DNA from: Clostridia bacterium
Lineage (GTDB): Bacteria > Bacillota > Clostridia > Oscillospirales > CAG-272
Reading direction: 5' to 3'
Assembly: GCA_017646005.1 (NCBI GenBank)
Contig: JAGCNJ010000041.1
Coordinates: 3,363-67,362, forward strand
Length of the DNA: 64,000 bases
Part shown: one piece after another, positions 53,989-62,401 of the stretch
Layout of the letters: each line of letters opens with the position of its first letter
Numbering within the stretch: position 1 is the stretch's first letter
Translations under genes and position numbers: made by a program
Notes under the pieces: model-generated
Told to the model about the DNA's origin: nothing
Seen by the model: only the letters and a program-made list of their open reading frames with translations
The model's database searches: none

Positions 53989-54624
53989 CTAATTCTTTTC
54001 AACTATCTTGATATTGACAGGATCTATTCCTGCCTGCTCGTATACGATCTCCTTTATCTGCGAAAGCTCGTTTTCCATAAGTCCGTCCGATTTTACGATA
54101 ATGTTCGCATTCGATCCTGTAACTACCGCGATGCATTCTTCAAAGCCCTTGCTCTTTATAAGCGTTTCAATATTTGCCTCTGTTTCGATTTCGCCCGCGA
54201 TACGTGCGATGTCTGTAAGAGCCGATTCCTTTGCTCCCTCAAGCGCGGCTTCGTTATTGACTACAGTCTTGAGCACCTCTATCGCCTCGTCGCGTGCCTG
54301 ATCGCGGCTGAGAATTGACGAAGCAAAATACGTGTCGGCAACGCTTAAGCTTTCGTCCTCACCTACTGCGATAACAGGCTCAAGCATCGGTGTGTCACCG
54401 CCTTCTCCGGCAAGCGCATAGTTAAGTATCACCGCAAGTCCGATAAGTAAAACCGAGCATACAACTACAACCGTACGCGTGCCGACAGATACGACCGCGC
54501 TTTTGATCTTGCCCGCCGCACGCTTGTATAACGGGGCATCCCTGACCTCTTCGATTGGCAGATTCTCAGAAGCGGGTCTTACGCTTTCAAGCTTCTCATC
54601 AAATTTTTCGTTAAAGTTTTCCAT
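53989..54624 (-). CDS. spoIIIAH: stage III sporulation protein AH
   Basis: Last gene of the spoIIIA cluster. N-terminal TM segment. C-terminal ECIAVVTGSNANIIVKSDGLMENELSQIKEIVYEQAGIDPVNIKIV is typical of SpoIIIAH. Confidence 0.7.
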   Translation of the reverse strand: MENFNEKFDEKLESVRPASENLPIEEVRDAPLYKRAAGKIKSAVVSVGTRTVVVVCSVLLIGLAVILNYALAGEGGDTPMLEPVIAVGEDESLSVADTYFASSILSRDQARDEAIEVLKTVVNNEAALEGAKESALTDIARIAGEIETEANIETLIKSKGFEECIAVVTGSNANIIVKSDGLMENELSQIKEIVYEQAGIDPVNIKIVEKN

Positions 54625-54683
54625 ACCTTTTCTCCTTATATTAAATTACACTTAATTATATTCGTGTCCGACCGTTTATATGA

Positions 54684-55025
54684 CTATTTTGCCCCAACGT
54701 ATATCCGCGAGCTGGGGATGCCATACAGAGTTGAGAGCATTTCTGTAAGCTCAAGCTTCAATTTTGCGTTTTCTTCCTTATTCAGTATGAGCGCAATTCC
54801 GACAAGTTCGCCGGCAACGTCGGTGTTGACAGAGACGTACACTCCATCCCCTGCAAGCTCAATGCACAGTCTTTCGATTTTTTCTTCGAGCCTTGTCTCT
54901 CCCGCTCCGCTTTGAAGCGGCACAGCCTCAAATGTGCACAACAGCACGCCGAGTACAAGAAGTGCCGATATAAGCCCGATATTTTTAACACGCTTTAAGC
55001 GCAAAAGCATTTCGGATATTTTCAT
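54684..55025 (-). CDS. spoIIIAG: stage III sporulation protein AG, unusually short (113 aa)
   Basis: Its position lies between the AF and AH genes. N-terminal TM segment. LEEKIERLCIELAGDGVYVSVN and GELVGIALILNKEENAKLKLELTEMLSTLYGIPSSRIYV resemble the two conserved ends of SpoIIIAG. Confidence 0.55.
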   Translation of the reverse strand: MKISEMLLRLKRVKNIGLISALLVLGVLLCTFEAVPLQSGAGETRLEEKIERLCIELAGDGVYVSVNTDVAGELVGIALILNKEENAKLKLELTEMLSTLYGIPSSRIYVGAK

Positions 55026-55040
55026 TCCATCCCCCCTTTT

Positions 55041-55580
55041 TTATTCAACGCAGACCTTGATTCCAAGCTCGTTTTCAAGATAGCTTTTTATGTCGCTTGC
55101 AATATACCCCTCAACATCCGACACCCACAGACTTGTAATTTCGATATTTTCCATATTGCTTATATCAAGCGATACCCCTATATCCGCACCTCTGCCGAAG
55201 CGCAGACACAGCTTCTTATTTATTTCTTCTGTCATAGAGCGCACCACCTCAAGCAAGTACATATCACAAGGTACGGGCTTATCCGAGATCCGATTTCCAC
55301 CATCATCAGCCTTGTAAGCTACCGAGTTTTTAATGTACACGTATTTGTAATTAAGCACCGAGGCCTCATTAAGCTTAATTTTATCAAGCGCATCCGTTAG
55401 AGACGCAGTATTTTCCCCCCACACACTCAACATAGGAGTTATAATTGATATCACCAGCACAAGCGCAAGCAGATAACGCAGATATTTGGCAAGCGCACCA
55501 TTGCTTTTCGGCAAAATAAAAGCGCAGATATATTCTACAACCGCCGCGCCTATAACGGTCGATACAAGCTCTTGTTTCAT
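55041..55580 (-). CDS. spoIIIAF: stage III sporulation protein AF
   Basis: Assigned from its position after spoIIIAE and its two N-terminal TM segments. I moved the start to ATG 55580 (RBS AAAGGA) because the track extension overlaps spoIIIAE by 136 nt. Confidence 0.6.
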   Translation of the reverse strand: MKQELVSTVIGAAVVEYICAFILPKSNGALAKYLRYLLALVLVISIITPMLSVWGENTASLTDALDKIKLNEASVLNYKYVYIKNSVAYKADDGGNRISDKPVPCDMYLLEVVRSMTEEINKKLCLRFGRGADIGVSLDISNMENIEITSLWVSDVEGYIASDIKSYLENELGIKVCVE

Positions 55581-55594
55581 TTTTATCCTTTCAT

Positions 55595-56692
55595 CTATCC
55601 GTAAGCAGACGAGCATTTGAGCAACAGCGTGAGAAAATACACGAACATAAAAGCGCAAAGCGCAACAAGCGCGATAAGCACATTTATAAGCGATGACGCC
55701 TGCTTTAGCACCTGCGTTTCCCTTTCGCATCCGAGTATGTCTGAAAGCGACGCACCAATGACTAAGTTGATCCGCACTATCATAAGGCTTATAAACACCG
55801 GAAGTGTTATAAGTATCACTACCGCGATACCGACACCGCCAATACTCGCGCGTATATAACCCACACTTCCTGCTACCATACGTACTGCCTCGCTAACCGC
55901 CGATCCGACTATGGGTATAAAGCTTGATGCAGCAAATCGCACGGCTCTTGCGCCGAGCGTATCCGCGGCTCCGGCAAGCGTATGCTGTAGGCTCATTATA
56001 ACCGATATGGAAGTTACGGTAAAGCTTATGCCGAGCATCATAACTCCGCGCAAAAAGCCTATCAGCGTACCTATTCTTATTTTAGGCGAAAGTGAGGAGG
56101 CTATAGTCAACGCCGCAACAAGCGAAAGCAACGGATACAACAGATACGCACAGATATTTTCCACGACCGCAATACTAAGCATAAGTCCGCTTGTACTGAC
56201 CGTTGCCGCACTTATGTTTCCGCCTGCTGCGTAGGCTATTGATATGGCAGGCGTTACAGCCGTTGCAAAGGATGCAAGTGTCCCAAGATATTCTGACACC
56301 GCTTCAAAAAGTGTTGCTACTACCGTAAACACATAGACACATACGCAAAGTGAGCTTACAGATGAAAATGCTCCTTCAAGCTCTCCCTTCGTACTCTGCG
56401 ATAAGAGATGAAACAATGACGATACTATAAGCAATGCCGCAAGTGTATACAGATCTGCCGTATACTTTCCTGCTACAGATCTGAATGATTTTTTTATACT
56501 TTCAAAAAAATATGAAAACGAAAGCTTGTCTGCTATATTTGCATTGTCATCAAATATTCCGTCGGGCAAGGCTTGCTTTACCTCATCAGGTATATATTCA
56601 CCAATGTCAACCGATTCAAGCGCAGCTGCATTAAGAGAAAGCAAGGACAAAAATACGAGTATTATCGCTATAACAGATACGGCGCGCATCAC
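55595..56692 (-). CDS. spoIIIAE: stage III sporulation protein AE (polytopic membrane protein)
   Basis: 365 aa with a signal-like N-terminus and multiple TM segments. Its position between the AD and AF genes fits. Confidence 0.8.
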   Translation of the reverse strand: MMRAVSVIAIILVFLSLLSLNAAALESVDIGEYIPDEVKQALPDGIFDDNANIADKLSFSYFFESIKKSFRSVAGKYTADLYTLAALLIVSSLFHLLSQSTKGELEGAFSSVSSLCVCVYVFTVVATLFEAVSEYLGTLASFATAVTPAISIAYAAGGNISAATVSTSGLMLSIAVVENICAYLLYPLLSLVAALTIASSLSPKIRIGTLIGFLRGVMMLGISFTVTSISVIMSLQHTLAGAADTLGARAVRFAASSFIPIVGSAVSEAVRMVAGSVGYIRASIGGVGIAVVILITLPVFISLMIVRINLVIGASLSDILGCERETQVLKQASSLINVLIALVALCAFMFVYFLTLLLKCSSAYG

Positions 56693-57069
56693 AAAAGCCC
56701 CCGCGCAAGCTTTATAAGCTCGCTTACAAGCGGAAGCGCGAGCAACAAAAGCTCTGCTTTACCCAAAAGCTCTATCCTGCCCGCAAGACTTGTCTCGCCC
56801 AGATCCTTACACAGATCGGCGCAAAAATCTACGGCAAGCGACACGCCCAAGGCCTTTATTAGTGTGGTAAAATATCCCGCAAGCACCGTTTCCCCAAGAA
56901 GCTGTTTTACAACTGTAAACACCGGCACCAATTTGCCTATAGCCGCAACAAGCAAGGCAACACCTGCGCATATTCCCACAAGCTTGCCGATATCTCGCTT
57001 AAGCTCGCTTGTCAACAGCACTGTAAAGAGCGCAAAGATAACAAGTCCGCAATATCTTATTATGCTCAT
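56689..57069 (-). CDS. spoIIIAD: stage III sporulation protein AD
   Basis: 126-aa membrane protein with ...GVSLAVDFCADLCKDLGETSLAGRIELLGKAELLLLALPLV, characteristic of SpoIIIAD. Overlaps its neighbours by 4 nt. Confidence 0.88.
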   Translation of the reverse strand: MSIIRYCGLVIFALFTVLLTSELKRDIGKLVGICAGVALLVAAIGKLVPVFTVVKQLLGETVLAGYFTTLIKALGVSLAVDFCADLCKDLGETSLAGRIELLGKAELLLLALPLVSELIKLARGLL

Positions 57070-57263
57070 AACAATCCGAACACCGAGCCTATAAGCGCAA
57101 AAAGCTCCTTCATTTTTCCAACCAGCATAAGTAACACCACGAGGATTCCGGCAAGCGTTACAAGCGTTGATTGCTCGTCCCTGCCGTATTTACCGAGTAT
57201 CTGTGTTGCCACGCTCACAATTATGCCTATCCCGGCAATCTTAAGTATAAAGCTAACGTCCAT
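57066..57263 (-). CDS. spoIIIAC: stage III sporulation protein AC
   Basis: 65 aa: MDVSFILKIAGIGIIVSVATQILGKYGRDEQSTLVTLAGILVVLLMLVGKMKELF, characteristic of SpoIIIAC. Confidence 0.9.
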   Translation of the reverse strand: MDVSFILKIAGIGIIVSVATQILGKYGRDEQSTLVTLAGILVVLLMLVGKMKELFALIGSVFGLL

Positions 57264-57295
57264 TCTTACTCCAAGCCTTGATCATTCTTAATTAT

Positions 57296-57781
57296 TCACA
57301 GCACAAGCACTGCGGCAAGCAATGCACTCATAAAGCCTATGCTTTTATAAAGCCTTGAGCGAAGCGGAAGCTCTGTCTTTGCTTCACTTAAGCGCTCGGC
57401 ACATTTGTTTTTATAATAGTTACATCTTTTAACCTCCTGCTCGGCGCTTATCGCGCCGAGTCCGTCTGCAAATTCACACAAAAGTGAAATATCGCCGTCG
57501 TTAAGAAAAAGCGCATCCGCACACAGCCTTAACGCATCCGAAAAGCTTTTTTTCTCACGCAGATGCTTAAGAAATCCGCATTCTTCAAGATACTCGTCGC
57601 AATAGCTGTCAAAGAACTCACCGGTCGGGGTTAAAAACGCCGATATTTTCGACGTAAGCGACTCTATAAGCCTCAGGATCGCTTCGAGCGAACGCAAACG
57701 GCATTTTAACATTGACGCATACTCAAAGCCCCAGGCTCCCGTTGCAAGCGATATAAACATTATTCCTATAAGCTTTGTCAC
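57296..57781 (-). CDS. spoIIIAB: stage III sporulation protein AB
   Basis: 161 aa with an N-terminal TM segment, a helical body and a C-terminal TM segment. Overlaps the spoIIIAA stop by 4 nt. Confidence 0.75.
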   Translation of the reverse strand: MTKLIGIMFISLATGAWGFEYASMLKCRLRSLEAILRLIESLTSKISAFLTPTGEFFDSYCDEYLEECGFLKHLREKKSFSDALRLCADALFLNDGDISLLCEFADGLGAISAEQEVKRCNYYKNKCAERLSEAKTELPLRSRLYKSIGFMSALLAAVLVL

Positions 57782-58632
57782 GCTTTACTCACCTCAAAGC
57801 TGTAAACGCTTTTTTCGCGCTTTATCCCTACGTATCTTTCAAATACGTTATATTCGTGAAGCCTTGCTATCTGCGGTCGCTTCAAGAGTGCTTCAAGTGT
57901 ATCTGCGTGCGCGCTTGCTATAAGCGGAACGCCTGTATTTTCAGCGGCAAGGATAGCATCCGCATCTGCGCCAAGCCCTATCTCATCGCAAAATACCACC
58001 TGAGGCGAAAGCGTCCGCACCGCAAGCTCTATCCCCTCTCCCTTTTCATATCCGAAAAGATAGTCGGTCAGAGTATCGTAGGATAGGCTTTTCAAAAAAA
58101 GCTCGCCTCTTGTATCTATAACCGCGCCGCGCATAGCATTTTCGCCCGAGCATAAACGCTTTATCAAAAACCTGAGAACCGTGGTCTTGCCTACGCCCGG
58201 AGGCGAATATAAAAGCGTCGAAACCACCCTGTCCTTATCTGTGCAAAGCTCACTTATACCGTCCGGCTCACTCCGTTCCCACGGTAGCCTTATGCATATT
58301 GAGGAAACCGATTCAATGCTCGCACGCGACCCCTTGGCCGGGCATACGCCACACCGCACACCGTTTTTCTGTGGTATGTATCCGCGCTCTATCGCATCTG
58401 CGAATGCATACGGCGACCCGTCACACAAGGCAAGCAACACTCCCCGCATCTCTGATACGGTACATCTCAGATCAAGCACGATATTTTCTCTGTCTACACT
58501 AAGTGAAGCAGGCCTGTCTGTACGCAGGCGTATCTCATCCACTCTTCCGTTATACCTGTTGCACTCTTCTCTTATCGCATTTGCTGCCCTATCGGGCATA
58601 AGCGAAATTATTCTTTCAAGCTCTTTGTTCAT
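57778..58632 (-). CDS. spoIIIAA: stage III sporulation protein AA (ATPase)
   Basis: Walker A motif SPPGVGKTT and Walker B-like VVFCDEIG. I prefer ATG 58632 (AAGGAGA 8 nt upstream) over the track GTG 58638 (2 nt from the SD). Confidence 0.85.
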   Translation of the reverse strand: MNKELERIISLMPDRAANAIREECNRYNGRVDEIRLRTDRPASLSVDRENIVLDLRCTVSEMRGVLLALCDGSPYAFADAIERGYIPQKNGVRCGVCPAKGSRASIESVSSICIRLPWERSEPDGISELCTDKDRVVSTLLYSPPGVGKTTVLRFLIKRLCSGENAMRGAVIDTRGELFLKSLSYDTLTDYLFGYEKGEGIELAVRTLSPQVVFCDEIGLGADADAILAAENTGVPLIASAHADTLEALLKRPQIARLHEYNVFERYVGIKREKSVYSFEVSKA

Positions 58633-58653
58633 AGTCACATTCTCCTTTGTTGA

Positions 58654-58682
58654 TGTATATGCAAATGTAATAACAAATATTC
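58654..58682 (-). promoter_or_regulatory. sigma-E-like sporulation promoter of the spoIIIA operon
   Basis: The minus strand reads GAATATT (58682-58676), 14-nt spacer, CATATACA (58661-58654). Compare the Bacillus sigma-E pattern (-35 containing ATA, 14-nt spacer, CATACA-T). Confidence 0.4.
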
Positions 58683-58786
58683 ATCACAGCATCTTTATAA
58701 ACGCCGAAATTTTTTCGGCTTTTGGGAAAAACCAGATTAAAAAGCACTTTTATTATAACTTGCATATCAAAATATATAAAAAACTC

Positions 58787-58815
58787 TTGCAAACATATTT
58801 TTGTTATTGTATAAT
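58787..58815 (+). promoter_or_regulatory. sigma-A-type promoter of the TasA-like gene
   Basis: TTGCAA (58787-58792), 17-nt spacer, TATAAT (58810-58815). A stem-loop at 58821-58845 follows at the predicted transcript 5' end. Confidence 0.6.
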
Positions 58816-58911
58816 TAAAGACCCTACATCGAAATTATGTAGGGTTAACTTAACAAAAGCGTACAAACGCACGCTTGTTTGTCTCAATACTAATTTAAGG
58901 AGGACTAAACA

Positions 58912-60651
58912 ATGACAAACACAAAACGCTCATTGCTTTTAAGCGTTGTTTCGATGTTCCTTTGCGTAGTTATGCTTGCAAGCACGACCTTCGCGTGGTT
59001 TACAGACAGCGTTGAAAGCACGGGCAACATCATCAAAACAGGTACACTCGAAGTCACAATGGAATGGGCAAACGGTAAGGTTGATCCCGCATCTGCTGCA
59101 TGGACGGATGCATCAACAGGTGCAATCTTTAACTGGGACAAGTGGGAACCCGGTTATACCGAGGTAAGACACATCAAGATCGAAAACGAGGGCTCGCTTG
59201 CTCTTAAGTATCAGTTAAGCATCATTCCTACAGGTACGGTTTCCGAGCTTGCAGACGTTATCGACGTATACTACGTTGATCCCGCAGTTCAGGTAGCAGA
59301 CCGTGCGGCACTTAACGGTGTAGCTAAGCTTGCTACGCTCACCGAAGCTATTGCAGGTATGGGCAATACCGCATCGGGCAACCTTGCGGCAGGTGAAAAT
59401 CATACTGTCACAATCGCACTCAAGATGCAGGAATCTGCAGGCAACGAGTATCAGAACAAGGCAATCGGCTCTGACTTCAAGATCAGACTCCTTGCTACTC
59501 AGCTTACACGCGAAAGCGACAGCTTTGATAATCAGTATGACGCAGGCTCTGAATTCCTGCTTCCTGTCGATACCTGGGACGGTACTGCCGATCTCGCCTG
59601 GTATGACGATACTCAGACAGAATTTATGCTAAGCTCTGCTGAAGAATTTGCAGGTCTTGTAGAATTGGTTGACGACGGAAACACCTTTGAAGACAAAACA
59701 ATCACACTCAGCTCAAGCGTAGACCTTGAGGGAAAACTCTTTGACCCCATCGGATCCTACAGAAACGATACGGCATTTAAGGGAACCTTCGACGGACAAG
59801 GATACACGATTGCAAATCTTTCCCAGAACACATGGGAGTTAGATAACGGTTACTACTACAGCGACTGCGGTCTCGGTCTGTTCGGAGCAATTGAGGACGC
59901 TACTATCAAAAACCTTAACATAGACAATGCATCTATTTCCGGAGAATCAGCTCTTGTCGGTATCATTGCTGCTGTTGCCTCAGGTAATTGCACCTTTGAA
60001 AACATTAATGTTACCAACGCCAAGGCAGCAGACTATCAGTACTACGCAGGCGGCATCGTTGGTTGGGCAAGCGGTGAACACGAGTATATAAATTGTAATG
60101 TAGATGCTTCTACAACAATTGCAGCTCAGTGGGGCGACTTTGACAACTCTACAGGCGGTCTTATCGGAGGATCAAGCGGAAGTGCTGAGATTCTGGTTAA
60201 GGATTGTAACATTGCCTGCAGAATCGACGCATACAACGACGTTACATCTTCTTATCAGTGGTATGCATACCGCCGTTGCGGTATGATCATCGGTAATTCC
60301 GGTAAAACAAAGGTTATAGACGGAAAAACATATGCGGATGCTCCTCAGCTCACCTGTGAAAACGTTACCGTTACATACGGTCCTTGGGCAAACTACACTT
60401 ACTGTGAATTTGCCGGAACAAGCTGGCCTTACGTAAGAGTTCAGGCAGGTGTAAGCAACTCTGCTTATTCAAACCCCAGATACGGTCATCCGAAGGATGC
60501 TAACGGCAATGAGGTTGTAGACGATAATCATGTACACAACGATGGTGAAGACCATCAGATCCTCTGCCAGTTCGATCAGCTTTACGGCGGCGGACAGGGA
60601 GTATACGGTTATCCGACACATCCCGGTGTTACTGTAATTTACAATAACTGA
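58912..60651 (+). CDS. secreted protein: SipW-type signal peptide and TasA/camelysin-like N-domain fused to a ~370-aa C-terminal repeat domain with GLUG-like motifs
   Basis: MTNTKRSLLLSVVSMFLCVVMLASTTFAWFTDSVESTGNIIKTGTLEV matches the SipW-cognate signal/TasA family pattern. C-terminal motifs GLFGAIEDATIKNLNIDNASISGESALVGIIA and YAGGIVGWASGEHEYINCNVD. RBS AAGGAGG. Confidence 0.7.
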   Translation: MTNTKRSLLLSVVSMFLCVVMLASTTFAWFTDSVESTGNIIKTGTLEVTMEWANGKVDPASAAWTDASTGAIFNWDKWEPGYTEVRHIKIENEGSLALKYQLSIIPTGTVSELADVIDVYYVDPAVQVADRAALNGVAKLATLTEAIAGMGNTASGNLAAGENHTVTIALKMQESAGNEYQNKAIGSDFKIRLLATQLTRESDSFDNQYDAGSEFLLPVDTWDGTADLAWYDDTQTEFMLSSAEEFAGLVELVDDGNTFEDKTITLSSSVDLEGKLFDPIGSYRNDTAFKGTFDGQGYTIANLSQNTWELDNGYYYSDCGLGLFGAIEDATIKNLNIDNASISGESALVGIIAAVASGNCTFENINVTNAKAADYQYYAGGIVGWASGEHEYINCNVDASTTIAAQWGDFDNSTGGLIGGSSGSAEILVKDCNIACRIDAYNDVTSSYQWYAYRRCGMIIGNSGKTKVIDGKTYADAPQLTCENVTVTYGPWANYTYCEFAGTSWPYVRVQAGVSNSAYSNPRYGHPKDANGNEVVDDNHVHNDGEDHQILCQFDQLYGGGQGVYGYPTHPGVTVIYNN

Positions 60652-60660
60652 TCCACCACA

Positions 60661-60699
60661 AAAGCAACGGCGAATCACGCCGTTGCTTTTTCTTTTTTG
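60661..60699 (+). terminator. rho-independent terminator
   Basis: AAAGCAACGGCG-AATCA-CGCCGTTGCTTT stem followed by TTCTTTTTT. Confidence 0.85.
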
Positions 60700-60806
60700 C
60701 TTTTATTGTAAACTTTTAGAAAAGCTATTGAAAAAAGCTGACAAATGGTATATAATAGCATTAATGTCCGCTAACGCGGAAAAACATACCAAAAGGAGAT
60801 CAAAAA

Positions 60807-61145
60807 ATGCTTTATTTACTCGATGCGGCAGCTGCAGGTGCTGAAGGTGCAGTTCCCTCTGCCGGCTCAAGCGGTCTTATGACTATCATTATGCTCGTTC
60901 TTATGCTCGTTGTTTTCTACTTCTTTATGTACAAGCCCCAGAAGAAGCAGGAAAAGGAAACCGCTAATATGCGTAACAGCCTCGCTGTCGGAGATGAAAT
61001 CACCACTATCGGCGGCATCATCGGCAAGATCATCAGCATCAAGGACGAAACCATCCTTATCGAAACAAGCGGCGACAGAACCAAGATCAGACTTCTCAAG
61101 TCTGCCGTAAGATGTGTTGACGTTAAGGCTGAAGACGCTGAATAA
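60807..61145 (+). CDS. yajC: preprotein translocase subunit YajC
   Basis: LVVFYFFMYKPQKKQEKETANMRNSLAVGDEITTIGGIIGKIISIKDETILIE is the classic YajC pattern. RBS AAAGGAG. Confidence 0.9.
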   Translation: MLYLLDAAAAGAEGAVPSAGSSGLMTIIMLVLMLVVFYFFMYKPQKKQEKETANMRNSLAVGDEITTIGGIIGKIISIKDETILIETSGDRTKIRLLKSAVRCVDVKAEDAE

Positions 61146-61245
61146 TGTAATACTTCGTACCCGTTTTATCATATACTTTACCGTATATGAAGAGCGGGTA
61201 CACGACTGTACCCGACTATGCTCAAGAAAGGTCAGGTAGGTCACT

Positions 61246-61680
61246 ATGAAAACAAAAAACAAATTTGTGCCAAAGGATACGCGAGAAAACAGTTCAAATC
61301 CATTTAAGCCCGCACTGATCGGTGCTTTATCCGCAGTTATCTGCACGCTTTTACTTTCTCTGTTAATTACATTACTCATTCTTCGCTCACCCGATCCCGA
61401 TAATCTTACAAAGCCATCCGCTTATCTGATACTTGCTTTAAGCCTGCTTTGCGCCGGAATTGTTTCATCGCGCATATCAAAGCGCAATCTTGTATCATGT
61501 GCGCTTTCAGGCGGTATTTTTGCTCTTATTGGGTTGTTTGTACATATCGCAATAAACGGAGGCACCGGATTTTTTTCGATCTTGTATCTTTCATTCCCGT
61601 TGATCAGTACGCTAAGCGGAATGATCGCAGGTCCGAAAGATAAAAAAAGAGGCACTAAATTCACTAAAAGGAAATTCTAA
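61246..61680 (+). CDS. small integral membrane protein (3-4 TM), function unknown
   Basis: Hydrophobic segments ALIGALSAVICTLLLSLLITLLIL, AYLILALSLLCAGIV, GGIFALIGLFVHIAI and FFSILYLSFPLISTLSGMIAG, followed by a basic C-tail. Confidence 0.6.
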   Translation: MKTKNKFVPKDTRENSSNPFKPALIGALSAVICTLLLSLLITLLILRSPDPDNLTKPSAYLILALSLLCAGIVSSRISKRNLVSCALSGGIFALIGLFVHIAINGGTGFFSILYLSFPLISTLSGMIAGPKDKKRGTKFTKRKF

Positions 61681-61694
61681 ACGAGGAAAAAACA

Positions 61695-62237
61695 ATGCTT
61701 TACACATATAAGCTCGGCTCAAAGCATATCGCGTTTGACAACGATAAGCTTAAAATATTTGCTCTTTCGGAGCTTGAATGGCAGATATCCGATTTTGTTG
61801 GAAATGATATGCCGCCCGTATGTCCGTCGGCACTCAGATACGCGCTTGCCAAATACGACAGCGCGGCAACAGATGCCGCTTACAAGCGAGTATATGCTAT
61901 ACATAGCGGTAATGAATCGGGCAAGGATATAAGCTTTGACAATACATCCGATTTTAACCCTTGCGTGACACAGTCGCAGTCACTTTTCAAGGATGTAGTT
62001 GCACTGGCCGATGTCGGTCACAAATACATTTCAATTGAGCTTGAAGGTGATATCAATACCACCGCGCTCTCGCTTGAATATGAAAAACTTGCGCGTGAAA
62101 TGTACAAGCGAATACGTCAGTCAAAGCCCTTTGTACTCAAACAGTTTTTGGTTACAAAAGACGATATCAGTGGCTATGCTTTGCTTTCAGAAACCGAAAA
62201 AAAACGTGTAGAATGCGCTTTGTTTTTACAATTATGA
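61695..62237 (+). CDS. hypothetical protein (180 aa)
   Basis: ORF with GAGGAAAA upstream and a strong terminator downstream. I recognised no motif. Confidence 0.5.
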   Translation: MLYTYKLGSKHIAFDNDKLKIFALSELEWQISDFVGNDMPPVCPSALRYALAKYDSAATDAAYKRVYAIHSGNESGKDISFDNTSDFNPCVTQSQSLFKDVVALADVGHKYISIELEGDINTTALSLEYEKLAREMYKRIRQSKPFVLKQFLVTKDDISGYALLSETEKKRVECALFLQL

Positions 62238-62241
62238 CGCA

Positions 62242-62276
62242 AAAACTCCTTTCGTGCAAAGAAAGGAGTTTTTCTT
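62242..62276 (+). terminator. rho-independent terminator
   Basis: AAAACTCCTTTC-GTGCAAA-GAAAGGAGTTTT stem followed by TCTT. Confidence 0.8.
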
Positions 62277-62319
62277 ATGAAAAAAATTCAATTTGCGTAA
62301 AAATAATTCAATATTGCTA

Positions 62320-62348
62320 TTGACTTTTGGGCAATTAACATATATAAT
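62320..62348 (+). promoter_or_regulatory. sigma-A-type promoter of the oxidoreductase gene
   Basis: TTGACT (62320-62325), 17-nt spacer, TATAAT (62343-62348). Confidence 0.65.
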
Positions 62349-62401
62349 TTAGATAAAGTATATTACTTTGCAAAATATATATTCTAAAGGAGAAAACCAA
62401 A

